From Podarcis vaucheri (taxonomy: Eukaryota): a stretch of DNA of 64,000 bases. Under the pieces are notes generated by a model. That model made no database searches. It saw nothing but the letters and a program-made list of their open reading frames with translations, and was not told the DNA's origin. The position numbers and the translations under genes are program-made. The DNA lies in assembly GCA_965113315.1 (NCBI GenBank), contig OZ220364.1; one strand, given 5' to 3'. Below are positions 23,401 to 37,471 of this stretch, piece after piece; position 1 is the stretch's first letter; the number at the start of each line of letters is the position of its first letter.

Positions 23401-26339
23401 GCGTGTTTGCCTTTTCCCCAAACGAGAAAGCCCTAAATATTGGGCTCTTTCCTTATAAGGGAGTGTATTGTTTTGGTTGGCCCTTCCTGCACAACTATTC
23501 CTCAGTGGTGGCAGTGGCAGGGTTAGGTGAATGTCTGAGTTCAAATGCCATAGCTATATGAACAAAGCCATAGAACCAAATCCAGTGCTAACAGATTATA
23601 TGGCTTTCTTGAAACTGTCTCCCCAGACGTAGTTCAGATTTTCTAAAGTTCTCAACACACAGCACCTTGCATGGAGAAAGAAGCTTGTGACCATATTAAT
23701 ACAGGAGCTGCTTCTGATGTAGATCAGCATGAGTGGAAAAGCTGAAAGGTGGTGAATAGGATGGCAAGGTTCAAAAGAAGGCTTTCTGTATACAAGAGGG
23801 AATTTTAGCATCTGTAGTCTGCATTATACCTGCTGAATTTCCCCATATATATCACTATTCAAGGAGCAGTAACTTGTCTTTTTTGCACCTGGAGCTCCCT
23901 AATGAGTCACAATGCTCACATATATTGATATAAGGAAAGATCAGCTTAGATGTTACTTTTTACATGAGGAAACCTGGGAGGTTTTAGGACATCTGAACTA
24001 TCCATGAGACATCAAGAAGTCTTGGGCTTGTTTGAGCTGAAGTAGACCTACTATCTCCATATCATCTTACCAATAACTATGGTGTTAAATGATTTATCCA
24101 CATGGAGCTGCTAAATCAGTCAAGTTGAAGGGTGACCAAAGTGAACTTAACATTGCAAGATATTTTTTTTTAGAAATTAGAGAGACAGCGATTTAATGAG
24201 CAAGTGTTTAAGCTGAGCCTGGTTAATTAATGTCTGTTCTGAACAAACTGTTAAGATTTCAAAAGTGACTGCACTTTTGAAGTAGTACTTCCAGTACAAA
24301 AAGTACTTCTTTTGTAGTTTTCAAATGCCTGTTCTGATTTCTTGATAGCCCAGCTACAAAGGTTTCACTTTATGCTTAAACTTATCTGATTATCCAGGTT
24401 CTATCAGTGCAAAAGCAGAATTAAAGCCAGTAATTTAGGCTTCACTGTCTGGGCATAAGTCTCACTGAACTCAATGGGACTAACTTCTAGTAGCTATGTA
24501 TAGACTGCACTGTTAGATCCACACTTGAATACTAGGCTGCAATTTTACAGCAGATAATGACACCACGTACTTTTCATATTCATTGGAGGAGGAAGGTACA
24601 CAAGTTTTCTTGTGTGTGTTCTTTTCATTTAGGTTAAGGCATTGCTTGGGAATGATTTTCTAAATGCTTACTTCCCTGAGCTATAAACACTGGAGAAAAC
24701 TGGCCCACAGATTAAAAGCAGGTCTATATGAAATTGAGGATTTGTAGTTGGCACTGGCTCTAAAATTCTCTCATGGCCCCAATTTACAGTCTACAAAGGT
24801 TACTTAGATATTTATTGAACTTTTACTTGAAGCAGTACATAGGAACATATTGGGCAGGATCCAGCCAAAGCCCCTTGGGTATGATCCAGCCACTTTTCAT
24901 TCTCTTTGATTTCAGTTAGACAAGCATTTTCTTAAAACTTAGATATTTTCTAGTGAAACCAAGAGTTCTTAAAATGGTTAACACTGGTCTAGCATATTTT
25001 TCTTAAAGAAAATAATTCAATTGTGCATTTCCCTTCATTGAGGAATTGCAATTCCTTAAACCATCATAAGGAAAATCCCAGTAATCACAATTGCCCACTC
25101 TAGTGGCCGAGTTGTGAATGTTGTTCAGTATACACAAACCCACACAATTTTGTTGTTTGCTGCAGAAAAAGGAGCCAAGCTAGAGCTTGGCCCTATATGC
25201 TTGCTAAACATTACAAGATGTATTACACCCCAGTTAGGCAAATAGGACAAACACTATGGCCTAGGGACAGATTGCTATCCGCCTGTCGTTTGCAATGGAT
25301 ATCTGTCTCTGGATTCAAAGACTACTAGGGAGTAGGCATCCTTGAACTTTAGGTGCCCTTTATATGATATGACGGTAGCATGAGAGCCACTTACTCCTGG
25401 CTTTATGCCACATTCATGCTGCAACATTTAAGAGCCCGGCAGCACTTGAGTTAAGCATCATACAGGTCCTTCCCACCCAATCATCACCCTTTTACCTCAC
25501 CTATGAAACAAGTACATTAGAAGAACCCATTGCTGCTGTGCTGGTTGCCCACATGGCCATGTGCTTTTAAAAGTTATAAAGGCAAAATATAATGCCATAA
25601 TGGTAATGGATGAATGTGGCTCCTACATTGTACCCAGAATACAAGGACACCTTACCGAGTAAACATGCATACCCCGAGCGGTCAGTACTTAAAGAAAGAC
25701 ATATAAAAGCATAAATCAGAACACGAACTAGGTTTAAATAAATTGTAAGTTTTCCTATATCAGCAAATGTGCATATGCCAGTTTAGGATATGCACTGTTA
25801 CACCAGTATAATCACGGGATTACAATGTTACCGCACCAAAGGCTATTGCTTGTGGGAATATTATTTCCTATCAGAGTTTTTTGTACTAGCACTAGTACCT
25901 GATCCTAAAAAGATAATGTAATATATAGGAGGTAGACAAAGTGCTGCCCTACAGGTGTTGATGGATTATGAGCTCCATCATCTCTGATCACTGGTTGTGC
26001 TTACTCAAGTGGAGGTGCATCAATGTCTGGAGGGCAACAGATTGGCACAATGACACCTGCTATGATGTTATGCCAGCAGGAAAGATCAACACCCCAGCCA
26101 GTTAAAATCAGAGTTCATGGCCATCATGACATGCTAGTCAAAACAGAGTCAGCAACCTTTGGCCAGCCAATCCAGGATTTTGCATATACTCTGAATCGGA
26201 TTGCAAACTACAGTGAAAAATAATAGGTCAATTTATCATCAAAAGCACTAGAATTAAACCAAGACAAGTTCAGAATACATAATAATGGGATTTATCTATT
26301 CGTTACACACCCATTCTATGAGCCCATTAAACAGTTCTG

Positions 26340-27600
26340 CTGCTGACTCTTGGATGATACTGATGATATAGATCTTGTTTCAGTCAAACACCAAGACGGC
26401 CTTGGCTGCTGATTTATGCTGAGAAAAGGGATGGGGGATTGTGACCCAAGATCTCTTGGTGGATTTTGCAACCATCTGGTATCCAGAATCCAACTGAACA
26501 GTTTCTCTCCATTGGAAGTTGGATGCACTGTACTATACTTCAGTGGTTCCACTCCTACTTTGATGATCAGTTCCAGAAGGTGGTATTTGCATTATGGGGC
26601 CCTGTGGTATTTACACAATGGGGTCCCCATGTTTCCATCTTGTTTTCTATTTTCCTAAATACATACATGAGCTTAGCAACACCATTCAGGGATTTAAGAG
26701 TGAGGTGCTGCCAACAAACTGATGTCATAGAGCTCCACTTCCAGACGAAGCAATGGAGGTGCTGAATTGCTATGGATCATTCATTGGCTCCAGACAAGAA
26801 AGAGGTGAATGGTTTGTCAGAGCACAGAAGTGTTGTTGAACCAGTTCCTTCTAAGGAATCAGGTTCATAGTTTGGAAGCAATCATCCAACACTATCACTG
26901 GAAGCCTAAGTGTCACCTGTGGCATACAGTGTTCCCAGCTAAGGATGATGTGCTAGTTGCAACTCCTCAACAGAGGTAGCACGACCACATTTATGCCCTA
27001 GTAACCTCCAGTTTATACTACTACAGTGCATTACAAAGGCTTCCAAAGATTTCTCAAAAATTTCAGCAAGTTCAAAATTCAGTTGCCTCAGTACTTACTG
27101 GGATTGGCCTTATGGAACATATCACTTTTCTTAACAGCCTCTGCTTTGGACACAATTCAAACTGCTGGTGGCCACCTTTAAACTCTTAGATGACCAATGA
27201 TCCTGGGTCCATAAAGAGTCACATTTTCCCATAAAATTTTATTTTATGGGAAAATAAAAAAAAATTCTGCCCAAATTTTATTACCACTAGAGATCATTTT
27301 AAGAGATCCTCCCTGTGTCACTTAAGTTAGGTGTGAGCAGAGAGAGGGCTTTCTTTGTTGTGGCACTACATATGTCAAATGTCCTCCCCAGACTGCTACC
27401 TGTTGAATACCATTTTTATTATTTTAATACATGTCCAGTGTAGATTGCTTTAAGTGACATTTTATTGGTTCTACTGGTTATTAATATGCACTATTATACT
27501 TCTGTTGATTTGATTTTCTGATTTTTTAAAACTGAGTTTTATTGTATTAGGTATTTTCTTCCAGCTCTTTTTACCTGATGGCTAGTATATAAATATTTTT
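26340..27600 (+). mobile_element. Highly degraded L2-like LINE (RT to 3' end)
   Basis: Decayed RT-like segments (LQWFHSY, GVP, TSSLYY), AT-rich tail; boundaries approximate. Confidence 0.5.
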
Positions 27601-30600
27601 AATTAAAATAAAGAATTTTGAGGGCAAGGGAACAAAAATGGTGATCCTCTCCAGTTATCACTCTGCAAGGCAAGACCATCCAAAGATCAGGTGCTTAGGT
27701 GGACAAAAGAAGACTTCCTCAAGCTAGTGCCCTACAGGGGTTTTGGATTACAATTTCCATCAACCCCAGCCAGCATAGTCAGTGGTCAAGGATAAGGGGA
27801 GCTCTAGTCTAAAATGTCTGGAGGGTCCCAGGTTGGGGAAGCTTGAGCTAGCTCACCTCAGGTTCTGGTAGGAGGATGGGAATAATGGTCATGCCCCATG
27901 ACCCTGAGCAGATAAGATGAAGCAAGCTGGTTCTACATTCCTAGAACTTAACTAAGGAAATGCACAGTATTTAAAGATGAGTTGTGTTCTTAGTTATTAG
28001 AGGGAATCTCTGTGTTAGCTGGTTCATACATGCATGTTCATCACTTGATGACTTGTGGTTATTGTGTGAACTGTGTCCACCAGAAAAGCATGGCATTGAT
28101 ACGAGGTGAAGTAAGACAATATGGAGGTTTTGTTCCTGGTCAATGACATTATTTTCCACACACGTCATCTCTTCATTTTGGAACCTCATCAAAGTGATAA
28201 ACTTGCATGTGTAAATCTGTGATGGGCTGAACCAGGGCCTAAGTAAATTATACAAGAAAATTCAGTCATTACTGCAGGTTTAAAATCATATTACATAGTT
28301 TTGTATTATGAATACCTGATGTTAAAGTCTTCCCCATAAAATATCAAAGCGCCAAAAAGCATATACAAGTGAAATAAAAAGCACTATTAGGACCTATTTA
28401 TTTGACAAATCACCCTGCAGTCAAATGAGGATTTTCAGCGTATCCTGCATGAAAAGAAGCTGCAATTCCTTTACAAACATTTTTGCAGCACATGACTGGT
28501 AATGACAGTAAAATCTTGTATCTTGTTAATATCTTGGATTTGATTATTATTGCATATATCAAAAAAGCAGCTTCTATCTTTTAACAGGTTTCTTTTTTTG
28601 AATGAAACAAATTAACTTGAACATTATAAACTATTGTTTTCCATCTGTGAAAAGCACAAACTGGTGATCTATATGTAAATAAACTATGACATGAATGTAA
28701 ACTTTAAAAGTAATAATACTATTTTTGCATGAAATCTGACAAAGAGATGTACTGGTTCTCACAGAAAACTATGGAAATATTTCATCTAGGGATTATTAGT
28801 ACAATAGATGGAACACTGTTTTCTTTTGAAGTAAACAAGCTTTTGCTAAAACAGAATTTTTCTTGCTTTGTAGAATTTACCAAAATGAAAGCTGGAAGCT
28901 TGGATGCTTTAGAACTAATGCTACCCAAGCACTAGTGAGATTCAATCTGCAATCTTATATACGTTTGCCTGGGAGTAAGCCCTGCTGAAAATAAGTGGAG
29001 CAGTTTTATGTAGAATTAGAAATTTGGCCTGATAATGGCCCAAATGACGTCTGCACACAACGAATCAGGGTTAGATATGTTAGGAAAAATCCCCCCTCCC
29101 GCCACTGAACTAGAATGCCTACTCTTTCTGCTGCTACTGGGGAGTTTTTCCTGACTACTGTTTTCGCCATAAGAGTTTCTATGCCACAAAAGTATTTATG
29201 TGAAATCTTTCTCTTTGTCCTTAAGAGTACACTAATTGACAGGGACAAAGGAATGAATGTCTTATGAATTTGCCCATCAAAGTCTCTCCCCCCCCCACCG
29301 CCCTTAATACCACTATGGCAGGAGGTGTTGTAAGTTAAATGATTGAGCTCTATTTTCAAACCAAAATGAGCAGAATGGGCTGGCGTTTTAACTCCAAAAA
29401 TGCCAGAGGAAAGAGGCATTATAGAGGCATATGTAGTAGGCATGGTGGTAGGGTGGCCAGGTAATGGTGACTGGTGGGGTTACACACTACTACAACACTC
29501 ATTCCACTCTAGGCAAGGCACTACACCCATGAACTTTGATCTTAAAAGGACTGCACTAACTGCAATGAAAGCTCCCAAAATAGCTATAACCACCTTTTAA
29601 AAAAGCAAAAGAAAAGCGGAACAGCAGTTAGAAAAAGATGGAAGTAAATGGCTGGGGAGATTTACTTGAAATCTTGCAAATACTGTAAAGTGAATAAGCA
29701 AATGGCTTTTACTATAGAGAAAATGACTAGTGTGGAAGCATGTACTTATTATTATCAGTGCAGGTTAATGAGAGCCACCACCTCCATACCACCAAAGTAC
29801 TGATCTAGTATTGATAGCTTGATGAACTGAAATGGAGAGGCAGCATTGCTGAGTGGGGTGCTGAGCATATTCATTCTGCTTTCCTATTTATAGCAGCATC
29901 CCTAAGTTCTGTAGAAGTAGTCAATGCTTCTTTTTTATTTAAAAAAATGAGGTTCTGATGCTTACATTGATAAAAAGTGCTGTGGGTGGCAGCACAAAAT
30001 GGCTGCCATGGACAACCAAAAAAGAGGTGATGGTACTCTGTACCAGAGAGTACAGAGAGAGAGTACAAAATTATTGCAAGTAGTGAAACTAAGTAGACCA
30101 ATAGCAGCTCCTGCCAAAATCCTATCTTAAGTTCCAAAAGTTATCCTGGTGTGGGGGAAGCAGGTAATCACTGAAGGTTGCTCCAATATCCAATAACACT
30201 AAATTAGCCAGAAAGCGCTGTACTAAATGCAAATTCACTAAGATGGCAGTCTCTGTAAGCAAAAGGTGGCTGCATGTTTAGGCATCAGCAATCACTAGGA
30301 AAGTCAAGACTAAGTACCTGAACTCAAGTATGCAATTCTTCTGCTTTGCGTGTGTGAGCGCGTGTATGTGTTTTAAGGCCAACAGCTTCAATAACTTGCA
30401 AAAAGCCAATTTGGACCTCTGTAGTAAGATGTACATATTTATTTCAATGGGATTTGCTTACAAGTAGGTTTTGGGCTTCTTAAAAAGTAGGGGCAGGGGG
30501 AGGTTAATTAGCATTACTTAGGTTGCAATCCTGTGCACTTACCTGGAAGTATTACATAGGATTGCATTGTTAAGACTGTGAACCTGATAGATGATGAAGT

Positions 30601-33127
30601 TAAGCAATAAATAGTCTGTTTTAAGGGTGTCCAGTTGTAAGGGATAACACAATTATTGTAACTTTAGCACTTTTGAAAAGAAAAGAGAGAGAGAAAGACA
30701 GTAATTTAAGCAAGTGTAGCTTTCCTTGATGCTGCATGATGAGTTGCATCTGCCAAAAATGTAAATCCCAGCAGCCATGGGGAATCGGTAGCTGTCCAGA
30801 TGTTAGCTTATGCCATCCCTGACCATTGGTTGCGCTTGTTGGGTCTTATGGGAGTTGGGAGACAAACAAACTATGGAGGGCTTACATTTTCCCCATCCCT
30901 GTGTTAAAATGTGCAGGAGCTCAGCACTCTTTCACATTTGGTCACACTAAAGGACTTGCAGCAAAAGCAGTTCATAATCAGGGAAGAAAACAAAGAAACA
31001 AAAAAGACCCCCACAAACACCAGCCACAATTGTTCCCAATTAGGATTTTTCTGTGAGACAACAGCACTTCTGTAAAAACCTTACCCTATCTATCATACCA
31101 CAATAGAACAACATGCCTGCATTCAAATAAGAGTAAAACATTGCAAGTCAAACAGCCATTTCCCCTAAATATACTGCTTATTCTATTTTCAACTAAAGAA
31201 AAATGAAGAGATAAAAATGCAAGGACTTATTTGTTTAAGAACAATTGTAATTAAATATTCTATCCTCCCTAGTTTTGGTATATCCGCATGTATACCTAAA
31301 ATACAAAGAAGCAAATGTGGGATTTTTGTTTTGTAAAGAACTGAAAGACTGTCAGGTTTCTCAAATTTGTTAATATTCCTCTTGACTGACAAATAAAATA
31401 TTTTATACAAAAATTGTTTTATTCTAGTATTTTGTCTGTGTGGTCAGTAACTAGTCATTCAGAAATGAGTGCCTATACCTATACTATATTATGCTTGTTT
31501 TCTTTTCTTTTTTTTTAACAACCAAAGAAATACTGCATTCTGAGGTCCATTTCAGAAATCTATGCTTTCTGACTTCAATGTCTTTGCAGATAAAGAGGAA
31601 CCTGTCTGCAGTCGCTTGAATTTATTCTCGTTATAAAACTGGCAGTAACAACAGAAGAAAATGTATGAGCTTGTTTAACATGAATAGATGGGAATGTATA
31701 GTATTTTTTCAGACCATGTGTTTAAAAGAATAAAGTCAATAGAATTATTCAGCTTATTTTCCCACTCTGTGTATTAATGTAGTCTTCAACTGATCCCCTT
31801 TTTATATATTTTCCCCCTCATGGTTTAACACAAACGGACAAGAGGCTCACTATTTTCAGTGGTTCAAAGTCAAAGCAGCCTTGTATGCTGTAACTTTAGC
31901 AGAGCAAGAGAAACAGATGCCCAAACAGGTGTGGGGCCACTCAAGGACTCTGAGAGGAAAATTCACGCAAAATCTATCACCGCTATATATAATTCAATTT
32001 TATTAGGTGTGCTTCATGCTGGTGGATCCTGTTCCATAAATTGAGAGTTAAGTTTGGAACTCTCACATTGCACTGCTCTTCTAGGGCTTCCCCATCTTAG
32101 AAAACAGGTAGCGAATTGCATGTTTGAACACTTCCTCTGTAACAACAAACAACAGCAGCTGTCTGTGGGATGCCCTGATTTGCACAAGAACCTGGGGGGA
32201 GGGGCAGGAGATGGAGGAGAATTCCAACATGCAATATCTCACATGGATTCTGAAGTAGTACCATTCCAAGAGCTTGGGACCTCATGACTCATAATCATAG
32301 AGACAAGGAAATACCGTACATCTAATAATACCATTGGTCTGTTTAGCTGAGAACTCTCTATAACTGGCAATGGGTCTCCATGGTTTCAGATAAGGGTCTT
32401 TCTAAGCCCCACCTGAAGTGGCTAAGGATGGAGTCTGTGACCTTCTGTATGCACCATAAATTCTCCATCTATTTAGCTATAGCATCTTCCCCTGAATGAA
32501 TTCAATTAAGAACAATTGTATGCCAGCCCTTGTATCTTTATAGAGTCACTAGTTTGAATACTGGAAAGATGTCATTTCCTCATCATGTCAGGATTACCAA
32601 ATTTGAAACACATAGAGGAATTATTGTCAACACCAGTTCACAGTGCCACCTACTGAACAACAACATTGCTGTGCATATACATATGTGTGTGTGCACGCAC
32701 ACCCACCCACACACCCCCAGCTTAATTCAACATACAATTCACATTTCACATTTTAATTATTGTTTAGGTTTCCCCCTCAAAACTCAGCTTAGTATTTCAT
32801 GCCAGTTTGGTGTTTGCAAATAGCAAACATACTGCTTTCATCAACACCTATTCACATGGCGTTTGATAGATCGTATGTACTCAAAAACACTGCCTCTATT
32901 AAAAACCTCATTACAACTTCTGCGTCAATTAATCTGTCAGCAAAATCACAATAAAAAGTAAAGGTTTGCCTATGTTGTTCCAAATTGGTCAGCACTACTA
33001 ATCAAGACTATGCTATTATATTACTCCCTTAATCACACTCCCTTAATCATATGAGAATTTCTGTGCAGACTAGCTTGATATTGGGGATGTACTGCTGCTA
33101 GTCTGAGGTTCTTTTGCCAGTGCAATA

Positions 33128-33301
33128 CCATATTTACTCAAGTCTAATGCGGCATCAAATCTAATGTGCACCTCAATTTTCAGAACCTTGAAACCAAAAA
33201 ATGTATTTGCTGGCGAATGTAAAGGTGCCATCAAATCAAACTTTAATTTTCGCAGCGTAATTTAGCCAAAAAAGGTGAGCATTAGATTTGAGTAAATACG
33301 G
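33128..33301. mobile_element. Tc1/mariner-superfamily MITE
   Basis: TIRs CCATATTTACTCAAGTCTAATGC / GCATTAGATTTGAGTAAATACGG flanked by TA. Confidence 0.75.
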
Positions 33302-33679
33302 TATTTGATATTTGGTGGGATGGGCATGTATGTTGCCATGGGCAACCTCCAAGGACTCTGACCCTTCCTGGTTCTTTTATTTGCACAGGACTAATCCTTA
33401 TTTCTGGGTCCCAAGAAATGCCCTTGTGAAGAAACTACTCCTAGGCAAACAGCACCCTTCCTTCCCAAAACAAGCAAAACACACTCAGACAAAACCATAC
33501 CCATCAAACCACACACAGTTGGCCAAGCACAATGCCTGTCCAATAATCTAAAACATAAAGGAAAGCACACACAACCTCACCATGCAGTGACAGTTTTCTT
33601 TCTTACCAGACAGTGACAGTTCTCTCTCTTTCAAAAATTATATTTTTCTTCTTTTCAGTGTTTTTCTCTTTTCCATCCC

Positions 33680-34000
33680 AAATTTAAGACGGTTTGGCTG
33701 GGAGGCAAAGCTAACTCTTGGCCTCTACCTGCCCCACCCTCTCCCTTTTCTAATAAATTTGGGAGTCCTCCTAGAGGTATTCTGGGAAGAAGAAAGGAAA
33801 ATGGACGAACGGTTGAAAATGCCTCCTACAGGTAAAAATAGAAGGGGCTCGAGGCCTGCAGGGGACCCCTGACTTAAAGTATTTATCAACACAGATGCAG
33901 GTATGGATCAGGTCCTGTGACCTGCGTTTTGGTTTGACTCCTTTATTTCTGCCACGCCAGAAATTTGTGTTCTCTCAGAATGGGGCTGAATTTGAAACCT
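33680..34000 (+). promoter_or_regulatory. Candidate MEIKIN promoter / non-coding first exon
   Basis: Slightly CpG-enriched stretch with MYB-type site AACGGTTG (33808-33815), CHR-like TTTGAA (33991-33996) and donors cag|gtaaaa (33832) and cag|gtatgg (33901); the acceptor at 35004 upstream of the ATG implies an upstream exon. Confidence 0.35.
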
Positions 34001-35038
34001 GAGGCAGTTCTCAGTAGGGGAAGGGGGATACCTTGAGGCGAGACCGCTGCCTCCTCTCAGTTGCTCAGGCAGTATTTGTATTTATTTAATCCAAATGTTT
34101 CATTTTCTTTTTGCTTGGTTGCATGATCTTTTGCCCATAGCACTGCAGGCAGTCACAGTTAAAGGCATATCCACGCTGAAACAAAAAGTGGGTTTGGAGG
34201 TAGCTTGCAGCCTGAGGAACCTTGGGAAGTGTAGTTCTGTGAGGGAAGCAGGGCTGCCTGCCTGACAGAAAATAGTCAGCACCTTCAAAAAAATTATTCA
34301 CAGGGTAGGGAACAGTAGCAAGTAGGTGATTTTTAGGTATGTGTTGCAGAAAGGGTATAAGTGTGGAGCGAAGGAGGTGGTAACATTCAGCAACAAAATA
34401 CTATCATAACTAGATTTAAACCAGCTTAATAGTAATCCCATTTCCCCATAGAACTTCAGGAAGCAGAAACTATAGTCTGAGGGATGGAAATGCTTGGGAT
34501 CTTTAACCAATAACTCAGTCTTGTTTACTAATCGACAGCTCCCAGGATTCTTTGTGGATTCATGCAAGAAAAAACTGCCAAAGGTTTATATAGTAATTTG
34601 AGTGTAGGGTGTTTGGCGCTTGAAATTATATTCTAGACAATGTTTGTTTTTGAAGTGTGTATGTGTATTTCATTTGGTGAGGGATCTTTGATATTTGGGT
34701 TTAGAATTGAACATACTCTCTGGCACACCGAGCTCCAGTGAAAACATTTCTGTTCTGTGGGGCTGACAGCCCCTTTATACAGTGAGGTAATATTGGGTAA
34801 TACAGGGGTAAATATGGATTTGTTTAATCCTTCAGGGCATAAACCACAGGAGCTTAAACAAGTTTCAAGAAAGCCAGCAATCCACCAATAAGACTCTTCC
34901 CTTCCCTAAAGGTCATGGTTTTGGTTTTTCCTGGCATCTATGCTTAGATTATATTTTACTTGTCAGAACCTCTTTTCTTAGTATTGCCTCTTACCGCTTT
35001 GTAGGCAGCATTGTTGTGAGGAAAAGAAAATAAAGAGG

Positions 35039-35222
35039 ATGGACTGGGTGAAATTGCGTTCCTATTCCCGGAAGAAGCGGGCTCAACAAAATGTCCATTG
35101 TGCATCTCCTATCCCAGCTGTGGCAGCATCTGCTGCTGTAGGTGCAAGGAATGCTAAAGCCAAAGGGAGTCGGCTGCGCCTAGATCTGCTTTCTGGACCT
35201 CGGCAGGAATCTCATGTCAGAA
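35039..35222 (+). CDS. MEIKIN: MEIKIN first coding exon MDWVKLRSYSRKKRAQQ…ESHVR
   Basis: N-terminus resembles human MWPLRVYTRKKR (from memory); upstream acceptor tttgtag| at 35004; the donor AA|gtaatt at 35223 was chosen because it gives phase 1, compatible with the next exon (3' boundary less certain). Confidence 0.7.
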
Positions 35223-37322
35223 GTAATTGTTCATGCAACTACCTTGTCCTTCCCCATCACATCCCTGTTTGTCTGGATTAATTACAATATTTATTGTGTC
35301 TTTGCGTAGTGGCACAAAGGCCCTAACTACTCTACTGTGTACTGTCTAAAAATGTGTAGGGGTGAGAATGTACTCTTAATGTAGTCACTTTATGTACTCT
35401 TAATGTAGTCACTCTTAATGGAAACACTTTATTGGTGAAATTGGTAGTGGGGAAGAGGGTGAGGTGTTTGTGAATGTGTTGGGGGCTTATCTCACCTGCT
35501 ATGTCTTGATGAGTATTGTAGAAAGCCGCTTGGCCTGCTAAATGCATTACATGGGGCACAGAGATGGGGCTCATTGCTTTCCTTAGTTTGGTTTGTATTC
35601 ATAGTTTTTGTCACAGTTGCTCAGACCCTGACAACACTGAGCTCATTACTCCAGAATGTGCTCCTTCTGCAACACTGAATGTCAACAGTGAACTCGGTCC
35701 TGATGTCAGTCTTTACCATCCCAGCTAAAAATCACCAGCTGCAAATACAAATCAACTGTCCCCAGGGCACACAAGGATGAATCCTACCCTTTGAGCCACC
35801 TCACAGTGGAATCCTGTCTTAGGATGCAAGCACCATTGAACCTAGTGAAACTTACTTCTTGGTAAACAGGCATAAGATTGGGTCTTGAGCCAGTTGCTGT
35901 TTTGCTTTTTCCAAGGTTCTCACTGCTTTTGAAAGCAACACTCCTATCACCTGGTGTTTTTCCAAGCTGTTGAATCCCCACCCTCTCAGGCCACTTTCTA
36001 AATTTATGGTGCTTTCTGGGGCTCCTCTGCTCAACGCCATTCTCTTACAGTGGGCAAAGACTCCTGTACGCAATTGTGTGTTCACATATGGTTTGCTGCT
36101 GCATGCTAGGATTTGTGGGGTGATGTAGTGTGCCCCAAACTGACATTAGAAGTCTAGTGGAGCAGCCCTATGTCTTCTCAGGAGTAGGTTTGTAGCATTC
36201 TGCTGAAACACCTGCATTGGCTGCCCATATGCTCCCAGACCAGGTCCAGCGTTCTCTTATACAAAGCCCTGATCAATGTGAGTCCAGGATACCATAATGC
36301 TTCCCTTAACCCTTATATACCAGCTCACTCACTGAGATAATTTGGAGAAGTACTGCTGGTTGTCCCCCATATTTCAGAAGCCTGATTGACTTCAACGAGA
36401 ATTTAGGCATTTAGGATACCTGGTTCCATTCTGTGAACTCTTCCAGCCTAGATTATTCAGGCATTCTCACAGTTAATTTTCAGGCATCTCTTGAAGATCT
36501 TTTTATGCCAGAAGGCCTATGCAGCTGCTTAAACTTTTGAAGATGAGCCACCCATTTTGTGATTATTTTATATTTTTATGGTATATGTTTTATTGTACAT
36601 GCATATTTTGTTGATACTTTATGTTGAGGGAGTTTTCTATAAATATTATACATAGCATGCATGCATACATACATAACGTACATACGGACTTTATGCAAAC
36701 AGAACACTGATGTTGCCATTCAAGAGTGGTGGTTCATCCAAGTCTCCTCTTTTAGAAATTTTTGATGGTGTACACAATTATTTCCCCTACACCTGTAATG
36801 TTTAGAAACAGCCATTTTTATAAATTGTGTGTGGGTGCCACTGACAACAACACCTGTTCTCATCTGTCGCCAAAATAATTTGCCCCTCTTGAAATGCAAA
36901 GAGCAGGTGGTAAATCTGAATATAGTTATGCACACTTAAGTCAGTGGTGGACTTTGGTCTTTCAGATTTCAGTGTCGCCTTGTGGGCAGCCAAAATTCAG
37001 CACCCCCCTTCCTCTAACCACCTGTTTGGCTCAATTCAGTACATCATAGTTGTGGTTCCCCCTATTGCGGTAGAACCAGTCATGCTGCCCTAAATCCACC
37101 TCTGCTTAAATCCTGTTGTTCCCAGAGGGATTTGCAGATTATTCTCAAATATTTTTGAGGTAAAGTGTTGCTTTATTGTGACATATCCCTCAGTCGCATG
37201 ACAAAAAGATCCTTGTTAGGGGGAGGAGGATAAAGACTAAGTATGGCTGCAGTCTTACCATATGGAGTATTTACCTGTGTGAAGAATAGGTGGAAATGTA
37301 ACCTGTTGATGATTATTCTACC

Positions 37323-37471
37323 CAGTGCTTTTTTCTTGGGGGACGCAGAGGTACGCATACCCCTAAACATTTTGTGAATCTAGGTTTGGCCTCATTGAGG
37401 GGGCAGTATTTCAATATGAGTAGGAAAATGAGAGTACCCCTAAACAGTTTTTTAAAGAAAAAAAAGCACTG
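37323..37471. mobile_element. hAT-type MITE
   Basis: TIR CAGTGCTTTTTT / AAAAAAGCACTG; 8-bp TSD ATTCTACC/TTTCTACC. Confidence 0.78.

Noticed and set aside
35368-35420. Short tandem duplication (24-nt unit); similar ones at 10896-10926 and 41268-41301
   Set aside because: Ordinary local slippage duplications with no spacers; not CRISPR-like.
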